Source: the human T2T-CHM13v2.0 reference genome, Homo sapiens. From it: 64,000 nucleotides of DNA. Position 1 is the stretch's first letter. Each line of letters opens with the position of its first letter. Below the pieces are notes generated by a model that was given only the letters and a program-made list of their open reading frames with translations, made no database searches and had not been told where the DNA came from. The stretch is from the NCBI RefSeq assembly GCF_009914755.1, contig NC_060941.1; one strand, 5' to 3'. The position numbers were made by a program, and so were the translations under genes. This document shows positions 42,838 to 58,299 of the stretch, piece by piece.

Positions 42838-43255
42838 GTGCAGCACCGTGGCTCACACCTGCAATGCCAGTGCTTTAGGAGGCTGAGGTGGGAGGATCAC
42901 TTGAGGCCAGGAGTTGGAGATCAGCCTGGGCAACAGAGCAAGACCCCATCTCTACAAAATTAAAAATTAAAAATTAGCCAAATGTGGTGTCTCACACCTG
43001 TAATCCCAGGTTAAGGCAGGAGGATTCCCTGAGCCCAGGACTTCATGGCTGCAATGAGCTGTGATTATGCCACTGTACTCCAGCCTGGGTGACAGAGCAA
43101 GACCCTATCAAGGAAGACGAAGATGAAGACAAAGACGAAGACAAAGAAGAAGGAGGAGGAAGAGGAGGAGAGGAAGAGGAGGAGGACAAGGAACAGGAGG
43201 AGGAGGAGGAGGAAGGGAAGGAGGAGGAGGAGGAAGAGGAGTGGCAGCAGCAGCT
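42838..43255 (+). mobile_element. AluJ-like with ~145-bp GAA/GAG/GAC purine-rich tail
   Basis: GGAGGATCACTTGAGGCCAGGAG; tail 43109-43255. Confidence 0.92.
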
Positions 43256-43630
43256 GGTTGTAAAGTGAAGAATCATTTTACGATAGGATTAACCATGACC
43301 AACCCATGTCCGTATAAGTTTGGATTTCCATGGGTAGAATTTTTTAAAAATCACAGCCTGTCTGTGGCTGTCCATGCTGTCTGTCACTGGCCTGAATCTG
43401 AGTGGTAGAGAGAGCAACTCCTTCCTCCACACCGGCCCTGCCCCAACAAGTCAGGTAGGCCCCCTCCCTCCCTGCTGATTGGATGGTGAGTGCCCCAAGC
43501 ACGGTGCTGCATCCTTTTGCAGAGGAATGGGCCAAGCAGAGCCTGGCATAGCTGGGGTGGGGGCAGGGCCTCCCTGCAGCATCTTTCCATGACATTGTCA
43601 CAGAGGGAACAGGCAAGTTCCATTGGCATT

Positions 43631-44387
<757 letters not shown>

Positions 44388-46559
44388 GGCCTGCAGAGGA
44401 GTGAGCTCCACGGGGGTGCCCCAGCCTCTGAGGTGCTGCGGCTGGTCTATGTTCCTGTTCTGTCTCTACCTGCCCTCTCCTTCACGCCCTCCTTGGGTGT
44501 TGGGTACCCTCTTCTCTTCCCTGGGTACCCACTGTTCCCTCTGTGGGACCCCACCTGTGTTTGTTCCCTCTACGCAATACCCCATCTCCTCACCTCCTTT
44601 CCTCCTGGGAAATGAGCGTATTTTGCATCCTGTCTGTAACCTGGCCTGACAAACCCTCCTGTCCTCATATCATAAAGATCCAACATACTCTGTGTGGTCC
44701 AAACAGCGGACTGGATCCTGGACATTACCAGGTGCGGGTTTGCAGCCCAGCTCAGAGCTACATTAGCATGGCGGCCAAGGTCAAATCCTCTGACTTCCCA
44801 TGTCTTCCATTCCCCATATGTATCATGGAGATAACAAGGCCCTGTGCTCTTTTGACTAAAAAAAAAAAAATAGTTTCTGGAATGCATTTCCTTCCACCTC
44901 CATCTCGGCAATCTCTCTCTCTAATAATAGACTTAATTATTTAAATTTAATTTGTTAGAGGTTTGATGTTTAATTTGAGAAACCTAATGAATGATTAACA
45001 TTTAATAAATAGTAAAATTTAATATCTATGAACTTGGGTATAAATATATAAATGATTTAATATCTTAATTCAATGCCTACTTTTTAAAAACAGATAGGAA
45101 TTGCTCCTCAGAGTTATCATGCCCTGAGTAAGCGCTTGGCAAAACCGCCACCCCATTCTCTGTGAGTGAAAAACAGCACAGAGCGGGTCCTGAGTCCTTG
45201 GATGTACAAGGAAAGGAGAATTGATCAAGAGGAGGTTGGGTGGCCACCTTGTCCAGTGCCCAGATCCAGGAGCAGCTGTGGCCATGGAGGAGGCTGAGTT
45301 ACAGTTTAGCTACAAAGTATCTCCAGTGAACACCTTCCCCAGTGGTGACTGCTGCAAAGGGGGTGGCCTCCCCCCAGGGAAGGGGAGGGAGGAGGCAGTC
45401 TGAAGAATGAGGCTTCTTACAGGGACATCAAACTGCACATAAATAGACGTGCCGTGCTTTTTATTTGAATATTAATTGGCATTGATGAACAGCATGTGTC
45501 TAGTTACATTGGCAATTAGTTACCAATGAGGTTCTGGGACGCCACACTGCTCCTGTAATTCTGATATGGAGGTTCCTGGAAAGCGCCGTGGAGCTCTCCC
45601 TGAAGCCGCTGTCCTTGCGAGGAAGGGTGGCTGCCTGCATCTACACAGAGGCCATGTATTTGCCTTTTCATGGATGTGCTAAGCAACAGCTCACAGGACG
45701 GATTCTAACTGCATCCTCCCTTTAGGAGGGAACCACCTGCGGTGAATGAGTCCTGTGAACCTGCAAGTCTCAACCATTCCTGGGTTCAGGGATTTAAGGA
45801 GAACAGAGGAGAGGGTCCCCCCATTTCCTTGCCCTTTTGGGAAGCTGGGGACCTTCCTCTGGTCAGTCTGTCTTCAGAGGGAAGAGTGAGGGAGGCAGCC
45901 TGGACAAGGGGCCTGGGATCCTGGGCAGGGCAGGGTCCAAGGACACAGGCCATCTGGCCAGGAGACACCCCACAGCGCTGGGTCGGCTGCCCAGGATCTT
46001 CTGTTACCTCTGGCCAACGTCCAGGCAGGCCCAGCATGTCACTGTGTGTAAGTCAGCCTCCCCCTCCAGACTGGAAGCCCCTTAAGAACATCTGCCTGGC
46101 CCTGCCCATCTGTGTGTGCCAAGCCTCTAGCACTATGCCCGGCACATGGCAGGTGCTCCAGGAGACAGGGATTGGAGAGAGACTCAGAGCCCAGGAGCTG
46201 CCAACCGCTGAAGGGAGTAGGAATCCGCTAGTCATTGAACCTGTGCTAGGGAGGCATAAAAGATGGGGGTGGGGGCATTTTCTAGCGGAGCTTCCCCGGG
46301 TGAGTCAGTGCCCATAGCCCCCTGACCAGTATCCCCTTCCAGCTTCAGCCCCCACCCAAGACCCACCTTCTCCTTCCTCCCCCATTCTGGGACCCCCATC
46401 CCAGCTGGGCCGGGGCAAGAAGAAGGCACCCTGGCCTCCCGGGCTCTGCTGCAGGGGGCCTCAGTGAGCAGCAGATGAAAAGCTGCCTCCGCTGGGGGCT
46501 AATCCTCTCACCTCCACGCTCCCGGTGGCTGCCTCGCCCTGCGGCTCAGGCTGAAGGAT

Positions 46560-46830
46560 CTCGGGGAGTTTTAAATGGAGGAGAAGGAGCATTTCTGATC
46601 TCATTTTCCAGTATTTCAGCTGTGCCATAATCTATTTACCACACAATTTGTGTCACTTTGATAAGCGGCTGCTTCAAGACTGCATTTATTAAAATCAAGA
46701 GCGGGGACAGCTTTCAAGTCTCTCAAGAATTGTAATAAATGTTTGAAATTAGTCATTACGGTGTTTGCCATGGTTCATATCATATACTCCATCTCGGTGA
46801 CAAACGGTCACATCTTGCACACGTTCTTTT
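46560..46830. promoter_or_regulatory. Candidate conserved non-coding element
   Basis: Unique AT-rich island in GC-rich flanks with CAGCTG, TGATAAG, TGTCA and TTTATT/AATAAA motifs. Confidence 0.4.
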
Positions 46831-47919
46831 TGGGTGATGATGGTGAAGGCTTCACTTTGACGTCCCTGCATGGGACTCGGGAGGGGACGCCGCGGGGCGA
46901 GAGCCCTTCCGGGGGCAGCCGGGGTCCCCCGGGGCCACAGCTCAGCCCCGTGAAATGCTCTTTTAGCCTAAGCTTCTGTACTTAAAGAGGAGTGAAATGG
47001 CCCAGAAAGACTTTTCTTCCCTTCCCTCCTCCCCCATCTAAACCACCAGGCTCTTATTTCATCCTGGGTGACGAGGCTTCTCCTCCACCACCACCCCCCC
47101 TGCCCAGCAGTGGCATCTAAGGACGCTGCAACTTTGCGGCTGGTTTACTGTTTCCTTTGGGGGGTTTTGTAGTTGCAGGAAGTAACCCTGGCCAAAACAA
47201 TGTCACATTCCTAAAGGCTCCAGTACAGCAGGGCTCCGAGCCCTGGGAAGGGGAAAGGAGGGTCCCAGAGGCCATCAGAGGCTTATTCAAAGACTGTACA
47301 GGAACCAGGCACAGAGATGGGATCCCAGAGCCATGCTCCTCCTCTATGGTGACTTGTGGCTCCCAATCCTAAAGAGACACTCGGGAGATGACAATCAGGG
47401 CGTGAAAACCATCAGCATTGGAGGCAAGCTAGGAATGAGGCCCAGGGTACCCGAGGCCGGGTTCCGAGTGGGCACGGTGGGGAGGGCCAGGGGACCTACA
47501 TTTCCTAATAATTGGGGGATTTTCTGTCTGTGGGGTCCTCAGAGCTGGTGGCCGTCTCCCTAGGTGCCCCTGGAGCTTGGTAGGCACTGTCTGCCGTGGG
47601 AAACTCTGGGTGGACACAGCGGGAGACAGACACCGAGGGGCTGGGGGTGGGGGTGATGCCACTCCGGGTGACAGCTTCTCTTCTATGGAGAAATACATCT
47701 GAATTTTGCTTGTGTTCAGGCTGGTGAAAGGAAGTCCTTTCTGTTTCACAAACATATTGAAAACAGGCCTTCATCTCCTTTGAGAAAAGAGGTTTAGTAG
47801 GGCAGCCACCTAAAGCTCGCATGTTTAACTAACCTTGTTGGGAGGACGTGTGGGAGTGACAGAGACAGACAGACACTACACTGCATTCACAGTCCTCTGT
47901 TTCACAGTTAACATTCTTA

Positions 47920-48899
<980 letters not shown>

Positions 48900-49709
48900 T
48901 GCTTTGCAAGCAGTTGCACATCCTTGGTTTTCACTCTCCTGCACGAGCTCCTGCCCCCACCACCCTCATGGCCGCTACACTTTCAGGGTGATCCCTGCAC
49001 CTTAGGACCCAGAGCCCAGCCGTGGCAGGTGCTCCTGGAGGTTGCCAAGGCAGAATCCCCGCTGGAAAACCATGGCTGCCCCTTGGAGGCCTAGGTGCAC
49101 GTTCAAAAGCACACTGGCGTCTCATGGCGTGCTCTTTGCAGGGCCTGGAAGGGTCAGCATCCACTTTAAGGCCAAGATCTACCTTGAGAAGCAATGTCTA
49201 AAGGCCCATGGTCAGGCCTAAAATCGATGAGATTAAGAATCTCCTGCAGGACTGCGTTGGCCTTACCTGTATGCAGGGCCTCCTTCTGCAGCCAACCCTG
49301 GAAACTCTGAGGTTGCTGGTTTAGCAGGGTAATGCCTACACCCTCATTAGCATCTGATATTATTCTGGTACATTTGTCACAATTAATTAATCCATATTGG
49401 CACATTATTATTCACTCAAGCCTATAATTTATTCAGACTTCCCTAGTTTTTACCTACTGTCCTTTTCCTGTCCCAGGAGCCCATCCAGGACCCCGCATGA
49501 CACTCAGGCTTCATCTCCTTAGACTCCTCTTGGCTGTGACAGTTTCTCAGTCTTTCCTTATTTTTGGTGACCTCAACAGTCGTGTGGATTCCTGGTCAGG
49601 CATTTTGTAGAATGTTCCTCTATTGGGGGTTGTCGGATGTTTTTCTTATGATTAGATGGAGGTTATGGGTCTTGGGGAGGAAGAGCACACAGGTAAAGTG
49701 GCGTTGTGA

Positions 49710-50132
<423 letters not shown>

Positions 50133-50373
50133 TGAGAGTGGGATATGTACATACATTCTCTGCAAGCTAGATTTACGTATTCTTCCCCGTTTATTGTCCT
50201 ATTTAATCATTTATTTATATCCATATAGACTCATGGCTATTTATTTCATACTTTGGGTGATGACCCAATGCAATGTTATTTACTTTGTTGCTCAAGTTGT
50301 CCCAGCCTTGGCCATCGGGAGCTCTTTCAGTTGGTTCCTGTGTCCCTTTGACATATCCCATTAATGTGGTTGT

Positions 50374-50405
<32 letters not shown>

Positions 50406-50822
50406 TGTGTTTCCTTACTTTCTGATACTACATCATGCTCCAGACTCATTTTGTATCTTTCCAGGCCCAATCCAAGAATTAGTCATTTCTCCAAGGGGCC
50501 CTGGTTCTTTTTACTAGAGAAGGTAGCAACCATAGGCTGGTACAGAGTGTGCTCATAACTCCTGGGATGTCATTTTTTTTAGGCCCTCTCAGCAGACAGG
50601 AAAGAAGATATACATGTTTATACTAATCCGTGTATATATGCATCTATACCCCTTTCTAAATGCAACTACCTGTATCTATGTCAAGTATAGTTCATCTGTA
50701 AATACATATATTAAATATGAGTTGATAGTGACTTCTCCAAATCTCATCCATAATTGCATGCATCATTCTAACTTTCTCTCCTTGCTTGTTTGTAACTTTT
50801 CATTCCAAATGCAATGTGAAAC

Positions 50823-52071
50823 TGTGGTAAAGGCTGGTTTGGCTGGTATTTGTTCCTGCTTCCTGGGGAAGAGTCTCTAAACCCTTGAATTTCCTGTGAT
50901 AGGAGAATCTTTGTTGTTCACAGTGGGACCCTTGGACAATTCCTGGGGTTGTGCTAAGGAGGTAACACATGGTGGGCCCCTAGATAGTTCATTCTAACGA
51001 GATGATTCAAGATGGAGGCTGGCCAGGCCAGAAAGGCCAACTGTGTGGTTGGAGGGATGGAGGGATGGGGCTTTGAACCACGTGGTATCAGCTTAGCCTC
51101 CAGGGAGGAGATTGAGCTCCATCATGTGGCCAGTGACTCAATCAATCATTCCTACATAATAAAACCCCATAGAAACTCTGGTCCCCTGGCGGGTCCAGCC
51201 CATAGACTTTGGCCAAACGACGGATGAAGGAATGCACTCAGAGACAGGTATCCAGTGAAAGAGCAGGCTAGGGGACTGGGCTGCTTACAGACCCTGAGGA
51301 GGGTGCTGTAAAGAGTCGGCAGCCACAGCCTTGACCAGCTGGCACTGCGGATATTTATTCAGCACAGATTTCATGACAAAGGCTTTGAGTCAACACACTT
51401 GTGGTTAATCAACGTGGTCACCACCCCCACCCCAGAGAGAGTAGTCTTGGGTGCAGATGATTAAAGCCAGGTTTTGAGGCCTAAGTAAACTAACTTATCA
51501 ACATCAGTTTCTTTACATCCTTTCGTTATCTAACTTAAGCTCTTCAGAGAATTCAGCTGCCTTCAGCCAAATTTTCTTTCAAAGCTTTGCAGACCCCTGG
51601 CCTTCTAAGGAGGTTTGCATCTTTCTACAGTTTTTCCCACCTGATCGATCTCCTACAGTCCCCAAAGCTTGGGTGAACTTCCGAGGTTAACAGCACTCTT
51701 CATATCATGCACATCAGCGTGGGGGGAAAATGATGCATCCTGACTCCAGAGGGAGAACATGCAGAAGCTTCACATTTGGGACCCTCCCTGGTCTTGCCTT
51801 ATGAGTCTCTTCTTTCAGCTAGTCCTGATTGTATCTTTTTTGCTATAAGAAAACTGTAATAGCAAGTATAATGCTTTCCTGGGTCCTGTGAGGCATTGTT
51901 GCAAATTACCAAACCTGAGTGGGTCATGGGAACGCCTGCATTTGTCGCCAGCTGGTCAGAAGTGAGGGGCCCCCAAGCTTCATTCAGCTGGTGTCTGAAG
52001 TGAGGGCAGTCTGGGGAGGACTGTGTGCTTGACTTGTGAGGTTTGGCCTAACTCTGGGGAATTAATGTCAC
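50823..52071 (+). mobile_element. LTR, MER21 family, interrupted by LTR22
   Basis: GGCTGGCCAGGCCAGAAAG, GTGACTCAATCAATCAT, GCTGGTCAGAAGTGAG, CTGAAGTGAGGGCAGTC motifs. Confidence 0.75.
51187..51657 (-). mobile_element. ERVK solo LTR, LTR22 family (HERV-K HML-5)
   Basis: Reverse complement starts TGTAGGAGATCGATCAGG; TG...CA ends; exact 6-bp TSD GTCCCC. Confidence 0.8.
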
Positions 52072-52796
52072 AACTGCTTTGTAGAAGCTGCCTCCCACCA
52101 TCTGCCATCCATTTACCTAGTTGTTCAGTTCCTGTAGACATATATACTGTTTTCAGAATCATGAACCCATACCAGTATGGGACACAGCTTTATCAATTAC
52201 AGCGCAGTGCTTGTGTACAGTTCCTTTTGCCTTTAGTTTCACAGACTCTGCTCGTTCCCAAAGTTACTTAAGTGAGCATCTTTTCCTCTGTCCACATTGG
52301 CGAGACTGTTTCATGCATTTGGAATATGTTTGGATTCTTTGGTCACATTCTGCATTCCACCTTAGGATCTCCTGACCTTCTAAATGACTTCAAAAATTTT
52401 GCATACATTAAGATTCGTTCTTTGGGCCGTGAAGTTCTGTGGGCTGGGGCAAATGCACAGCGTCATGTATCCACTATTACAATATCATATACAATAGTTT
52501 CACCTAAAAAAACTCTGTGTTTCCCCTCAGTTTTAAAAAATGTCAGATATATTAAGGTATAGTTTATATACAACAAAAGTCAGCCTCTATAAGTGTGCCA
52601 TTTAAAACATTTTGGAAAACGTATATACCCATGTAACAACCATCATAATTAAGATATGGAATATTTATATCACCTGAAAATTTCACTCATGTCCCTTTGG
52701 GGACATTCCCTCCCTTCCCAGCAGGCAATACTGATCCACTTGCTGCTCCTATTATTTTGTCTTCTCTGGAATATCACACAAACGGAATCACAGATT

Positions 52797-53731
52797 ATGC
52801 TACTCATTATTTGTTTCTACACACAGAACACTTTTGATACCAAATGTGTGGGCTTTTTTCCCCAACAGTCAATTCTCCAACTCTCCAGACACCAACTGGG
52901 TGTCCAATGGTTCAACTCATTAATTGCCGAGAGTGAGTGTCAGACTCCGCAGGTTAAGGGCTCCATCCCACAAGACTGCCCCCACTGCAAATATTGTGGG
53001 TACCCAGGGTACCCACACTTCTGTCCAGCTTGGCTACACAGTCAAGAGTTCTTATGCCCCGCTCCTTGGATTTGATAATTTGCTGGAGCAATTCACAGAA
53101 CTCAGGAAAAACAATTTTCTTACATGTACTGCTTTATTATTAAGGATGCAATTCAGGATTAGCCAAATGGAAGAACATGCTTAGCGCAATGTATGAGGAA
53201 AGGGGCAGGGAGCTTCCACGCCTTTCAGCCACCCATCTGTCACTTGCACATGTTCACCAACCCGGATGCTCTCTGAACCTCATAGTTTAGGGGGTTTGAT
53301 GGTTCTGTTACATAGGCATCATTGATTAAATCATTGGCCACTGGTGATTGACTCAATCTCGAGCCGTTCCTCCCTCCTCGAAGGTCACTGGGTGGAGCTG
53401 AAAGTTCCAACCCTCCAATCACATGGTTGGTCTTCCCTGCACCCAGCTCCACCCTGAAGCTGCGTAGGGGGCTCTGGCCACCAGTCATCTCATTAACATA
53501 CAAAAAGACAACTTCAGGGATTCCAAGGGCCTTAGAAACTCTTGCCAACTTCAGGGATTCCAAGGGTCTTAGAAACTCTTGCATCAGGAACCAAAGACTG
53601 AGACTACATATTATAACAAAAGACACTCCTACCACCCCTATCACTCAGAAAATTACAAAGGTTTTAGGAGCTCTGTGCCAGGAACTGGGATGAAGACTAA
53701 GTATATATTTCTTATTATATCACAACATCAC
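52797..53731 (-). mobile_element. LTR, MER21-related, nested in L1ME
   Basis: CCAGACACCAACTGGGTGTCC, GGTTAAGGGCTC..CCCACAAGACTGCCCCCAC, CTGAAAGTTCCAACCCTC; ends TATCACAACATCACA. Confidence 0.8.
53509..53582. repeat. 37-bp tandem duplication within the LTR
   Basis: CAACTTCAGGGATTCCAAGGG(C/T)CTTAGAAACTCTTGC x2. Confidence 0.93.
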
Positions 53732-53734
53732 ACC

Positions 53735-54605
<871 letters not shown>

Positions 54606-54864
54606 TTTTAAAAAGTATTTAAAAGGTTAAATTACTATATATGAGCAACTCATGGACCAAACCTGTTGGTCCATTTCATAGTGTAAACAGTGGACGTCCC
54701 TCTCTCTCCTGTCTGCCTTCTCCATTCAAAGTGACCACTTTCACCGCCTGGGTGTATATGGCCTTCCAGACCTGGGTCTGTGCATGAACAGTGTGCCTGT
54801 GCCTCTTCCCATGTCAGCATCCAGAAATCTACCTTCTTCATAACTGCTGCAGATCCCATTTTTT

Positions 54865-55640
54865 TACCAGTTCCCTAAACCTAGAATCATCCTTGTATCC
54901 CCTCCCTCCACCCTCTTGTCTAAACCATCACCAAGGCCTATGATTTTACCGCCCTCCAAATATCTCAATCACCTCCTCTCTCCACCTTCTTCACCACCAC
55001 CCAAATCTCCATCACCTCTTGCCTGGACAGTGGTCCCCGCCTCCCAACTCTTCTCCCACCTCCTTCTACTCCATTCTCTGTAGAACAACTGGAGTAAATT
55101 TTTCAAAATGCAAAAGCGATAATGTCTTCCTTCCCCCCTTAATGCTCTCAGTGCCTTCCTTAAAGGTCTGAAGATAAAGCCCAGGTGCCGATGGTCACCT
55201 GCAGCAGGTGGTCCTGCCCTCCTCCCTGCTGCCTGCCCCTACTTTGAGCTCCAGCCCACCTGCCCAAGGTCAGCCATCAGACACACGGCAGCCCTCGGCA
55301 CAGGCTGGGAATGCCTCCATCCTTTTCACCCAGGAAACCCCTGTCTCTCCTGAGATCTTGCCCTGATCCACCACTTCCTCCGAGAAGCCTCTTCTGATTT
55401 CTCCTGATCTTCCATTGCCAGGGGACCTTCCTCTTGTTCCTCCTGGTTCTCAATCCCACTGCCTCTCCTTCGTGGCCCACATCACGGTCACACATTTTTG
55501 TGGATCCAGAGATTGTCTGATGAATGCTCGGCACCATTCCTTCCCAGTCCATAGGTCCCATCCCAAGGGCAGGATGGGGGGTTGTATGGGGAGGTGCTGA
55601 ACCCCAACAGGCACTTAGCATGCTCAGGTGAGCAGGCACC
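54865..55640 (+). mobile_element. L2 fragment
   Basis: AAACCTAGAATCATCCTTG, CATCACCTCTTGCCTGGAC, TTTTCAAAATGCAAA motifs. Confidence 0.7.
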
Positions 55641-55649
55641 TCGTTCCTG

Positions 55650-55977
55650 GTTGTAGCCAACACCTCTTCTCCAGGCCTGCCTTGCCTCCTCTTTCCCTGG
55701 AGCTCGTGCTCTGCTGGGGCTCAGGCTGGTGTCTGCCTGGCAGGGCCTCCTGACAGCGCCTCACCTGGGCAAGGCCTGGTGCCACCCAGAGTGTGGGGGC
55801 CAATGTCCAGAGGGGACGGAAGCCAAAGTCCAGTCCCACCACCATCTCCCAGCCCAAGCAAAAGTGTATCCCTCCCACCCCTCCTGTCTGCTCCCTGGAG
55901 CCACACTTCTCAATAAAATCCCCCCAGCAAACCTGTCTCAGGCGGGCCCTGTTTCTGGGTCACTCAGAGGCTAAGAC
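55650..55977 (+). mobile_element. Old ERVL LTR fragment
   Basis: TCTCAATAAAATCCC...CTGTTTCTGGG...GCTAAGAC terminus. Confidence 0.45.
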
Positions 55978-56859
55978 GCCAATTTTTCATTCTTATCCTT
56001 GGGTTTTTATCCATTAGGATACACAGGTTTCTATGTGGAAAGCCCACTTTGTAGCCATTGTTTGGGTGTGGGGGACCCCAGGTTTTTGTGTTGGGTGTAG
56101 GAATCCTTGCAGGAGCCTCCTTTCTCTCCACGGGCCATTTCCTGTCATTCTTTCTTGCCTCCCTGTCTTTCCCCTCTCCCGCTTTCAGAATTGTCTTGCG
56201 GGCATGCCCGCTGCTGATATTTAAACATGCAGATCCCGGCTTCTGTTTTGCATGAATGTGTGACCTTGGGTAGAGCTGCTCATGCAGGATGGATGTGTTG
56301 TGCTTGCATTCAATCATCGGGAGCAGCCCAAGCCTTGAGAAACCACAGAGACCCGGTTTCCCATCCCCGGCCTCGGGATGGTAATGAACTTCTGAGAAAT
56401 GGCTCATCAATAAATGGAGCTAAGAGCTCAGGGCAGCCAACCCTCTCTGTCAGGACCTTAATTACAATCGCAGAAATAAGTTGGAGGGTGAGGAGCCACA
56501 GCGGGGAGGCGGGATGAGGCGCTTATGGTTAACCCCTGATTTCTCGGGTAGAGGTGGGTGGACAGGGGAAGTGAAGTCCTCCTCTCTGGGGAGGAAAGGT
56601 TGAGGCTGAGGAGGCTGGGATTTGATTTTTGGGAGTAATTGGTTCGTCTGTCTCTTTCTGCCTACACCAAGCTGAGAGCACAGAGGTTTTCCCAGCTGGG
56701 CAAGACCTGGCCCCTGGGAGGCTGCCCCGTGCTCCCTGAGAGCCCCCGGTTTGGAAGGAGCTGCCCCTCGTATGTTTTGGGTCACACCATGGTGGCTGTG
56801 GGGGTCTGTGCTGGGCCCCTGTGGGCAGCGAGGAGCAGAGGAAAGGCTGCAGACTGCAG

Positions 56860-57010
56860 TGGAATGGTTTGATTCTGCTGTCATCTTGACCCCACCTAGC
56901 TGGGAGACCCTGGGCAAATCCTATCCCCTCTCAAGGCTGTTTCTGAATCTCCACCTGGGAATCCTAAAACCTGGCTCTTGGGGTCATTGTGATGGCCAGC
57001 AAAGTATGAG
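56860..57010 (+). mobile_element. MIR SINE
   Basis: CTAGCTGGGAGACCCTGGGCAAATC...CTGTTTCTGAATCT. Confidence 0.55.
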
Positions 57011-57774
57011 GCAGGCCTGGACATGGAAGTGGAGCCCCTTAATGTGGGTTTACCCTCTGCCACCCCCGAAGACCCAGCCACACCATCCCTCTCCTCCCCA
57101 TTGTCAGTCCAAGGCTGACTCCCTTTGGGGGTCTTCAGAGAGGGCCCTGCTAGGAACTCGGGAACCATGGTCACCTCCCCAGCAGCTCAGAGGGCCCCAC
57201 AATCATTCCCCCTGCTTGCCCCTCACCCCCTCAAGAGATGAGGTTCAGCCCTGCCTCAGACCCTGCCTTTGACCCTCCTGCAGGCTGGACAGAGGCTGCA
57301 GGGTGGAGGGCGGGTCCAGCCTTTTCTGCTTGGTATCTTAGTGATTCCCATCCTGCACTCTGCACCCTGGATGAACAGGCTCGGGGTGGATGGGAGACAG
57401 GCGGTGCTGCCGGCCTGCACTGACCATCCACGCCCCGAGAGCTGTCTTGAGAGAAGGATGAGAAGAGGATTTTGAAAACCCCTAAGGTAACTCTCAGCCA
57501 TAAGAAACGAGGATCACCACAACTGTCCCCCTCGGCCAAGAACCCACCGGGTGCCTGCACTTCCCAGGTCCGCCATTTACCCCTCCAAGAAGGAAGGATT
57601 AGCCTGGGCCACTCAACTGGCCAAGTGACCTGCCAAGAGTTCCAGGAGCTGGGGGTGGAGGTGGCATCCTGGCACTCCTAGAGTCCCTTTCTCCCAGGGG
57701 GTGATTGCCCATAAATAAAGTATTTTATTAAAAAAAAATTTAAAAATTAGATAAGACCTGCTTGACTTTTTGAC

Positions 57775-58068
<294 letters not shown>

Positions 58069-58242
58069 CCATTTGACTATTGCAGAAAAATTAAAATTCA
58101 GATAAGCAAAAAGAAAAAGAATGAAATATAAATCATTCTAAAGCCTGCCACCTGGAAAACCCACTAACACCGTGTGATATGCTCCAGGATAATTTTCTCA
58201 GGGGCTTTCCTCCTCCCGGCTTTATAATCACGGGAGGGGGTG

Positions 58243-58257
58243 AGTGTGTGTGCGTGC

Positions 58258-58297
<40 letters not shown>
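58243..58297. repeat. Interrupted (TG)n microsatellite
   Basis: Direct read. Confidence 0.95.
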
Positions 58298-58299
<2 letters not shown>

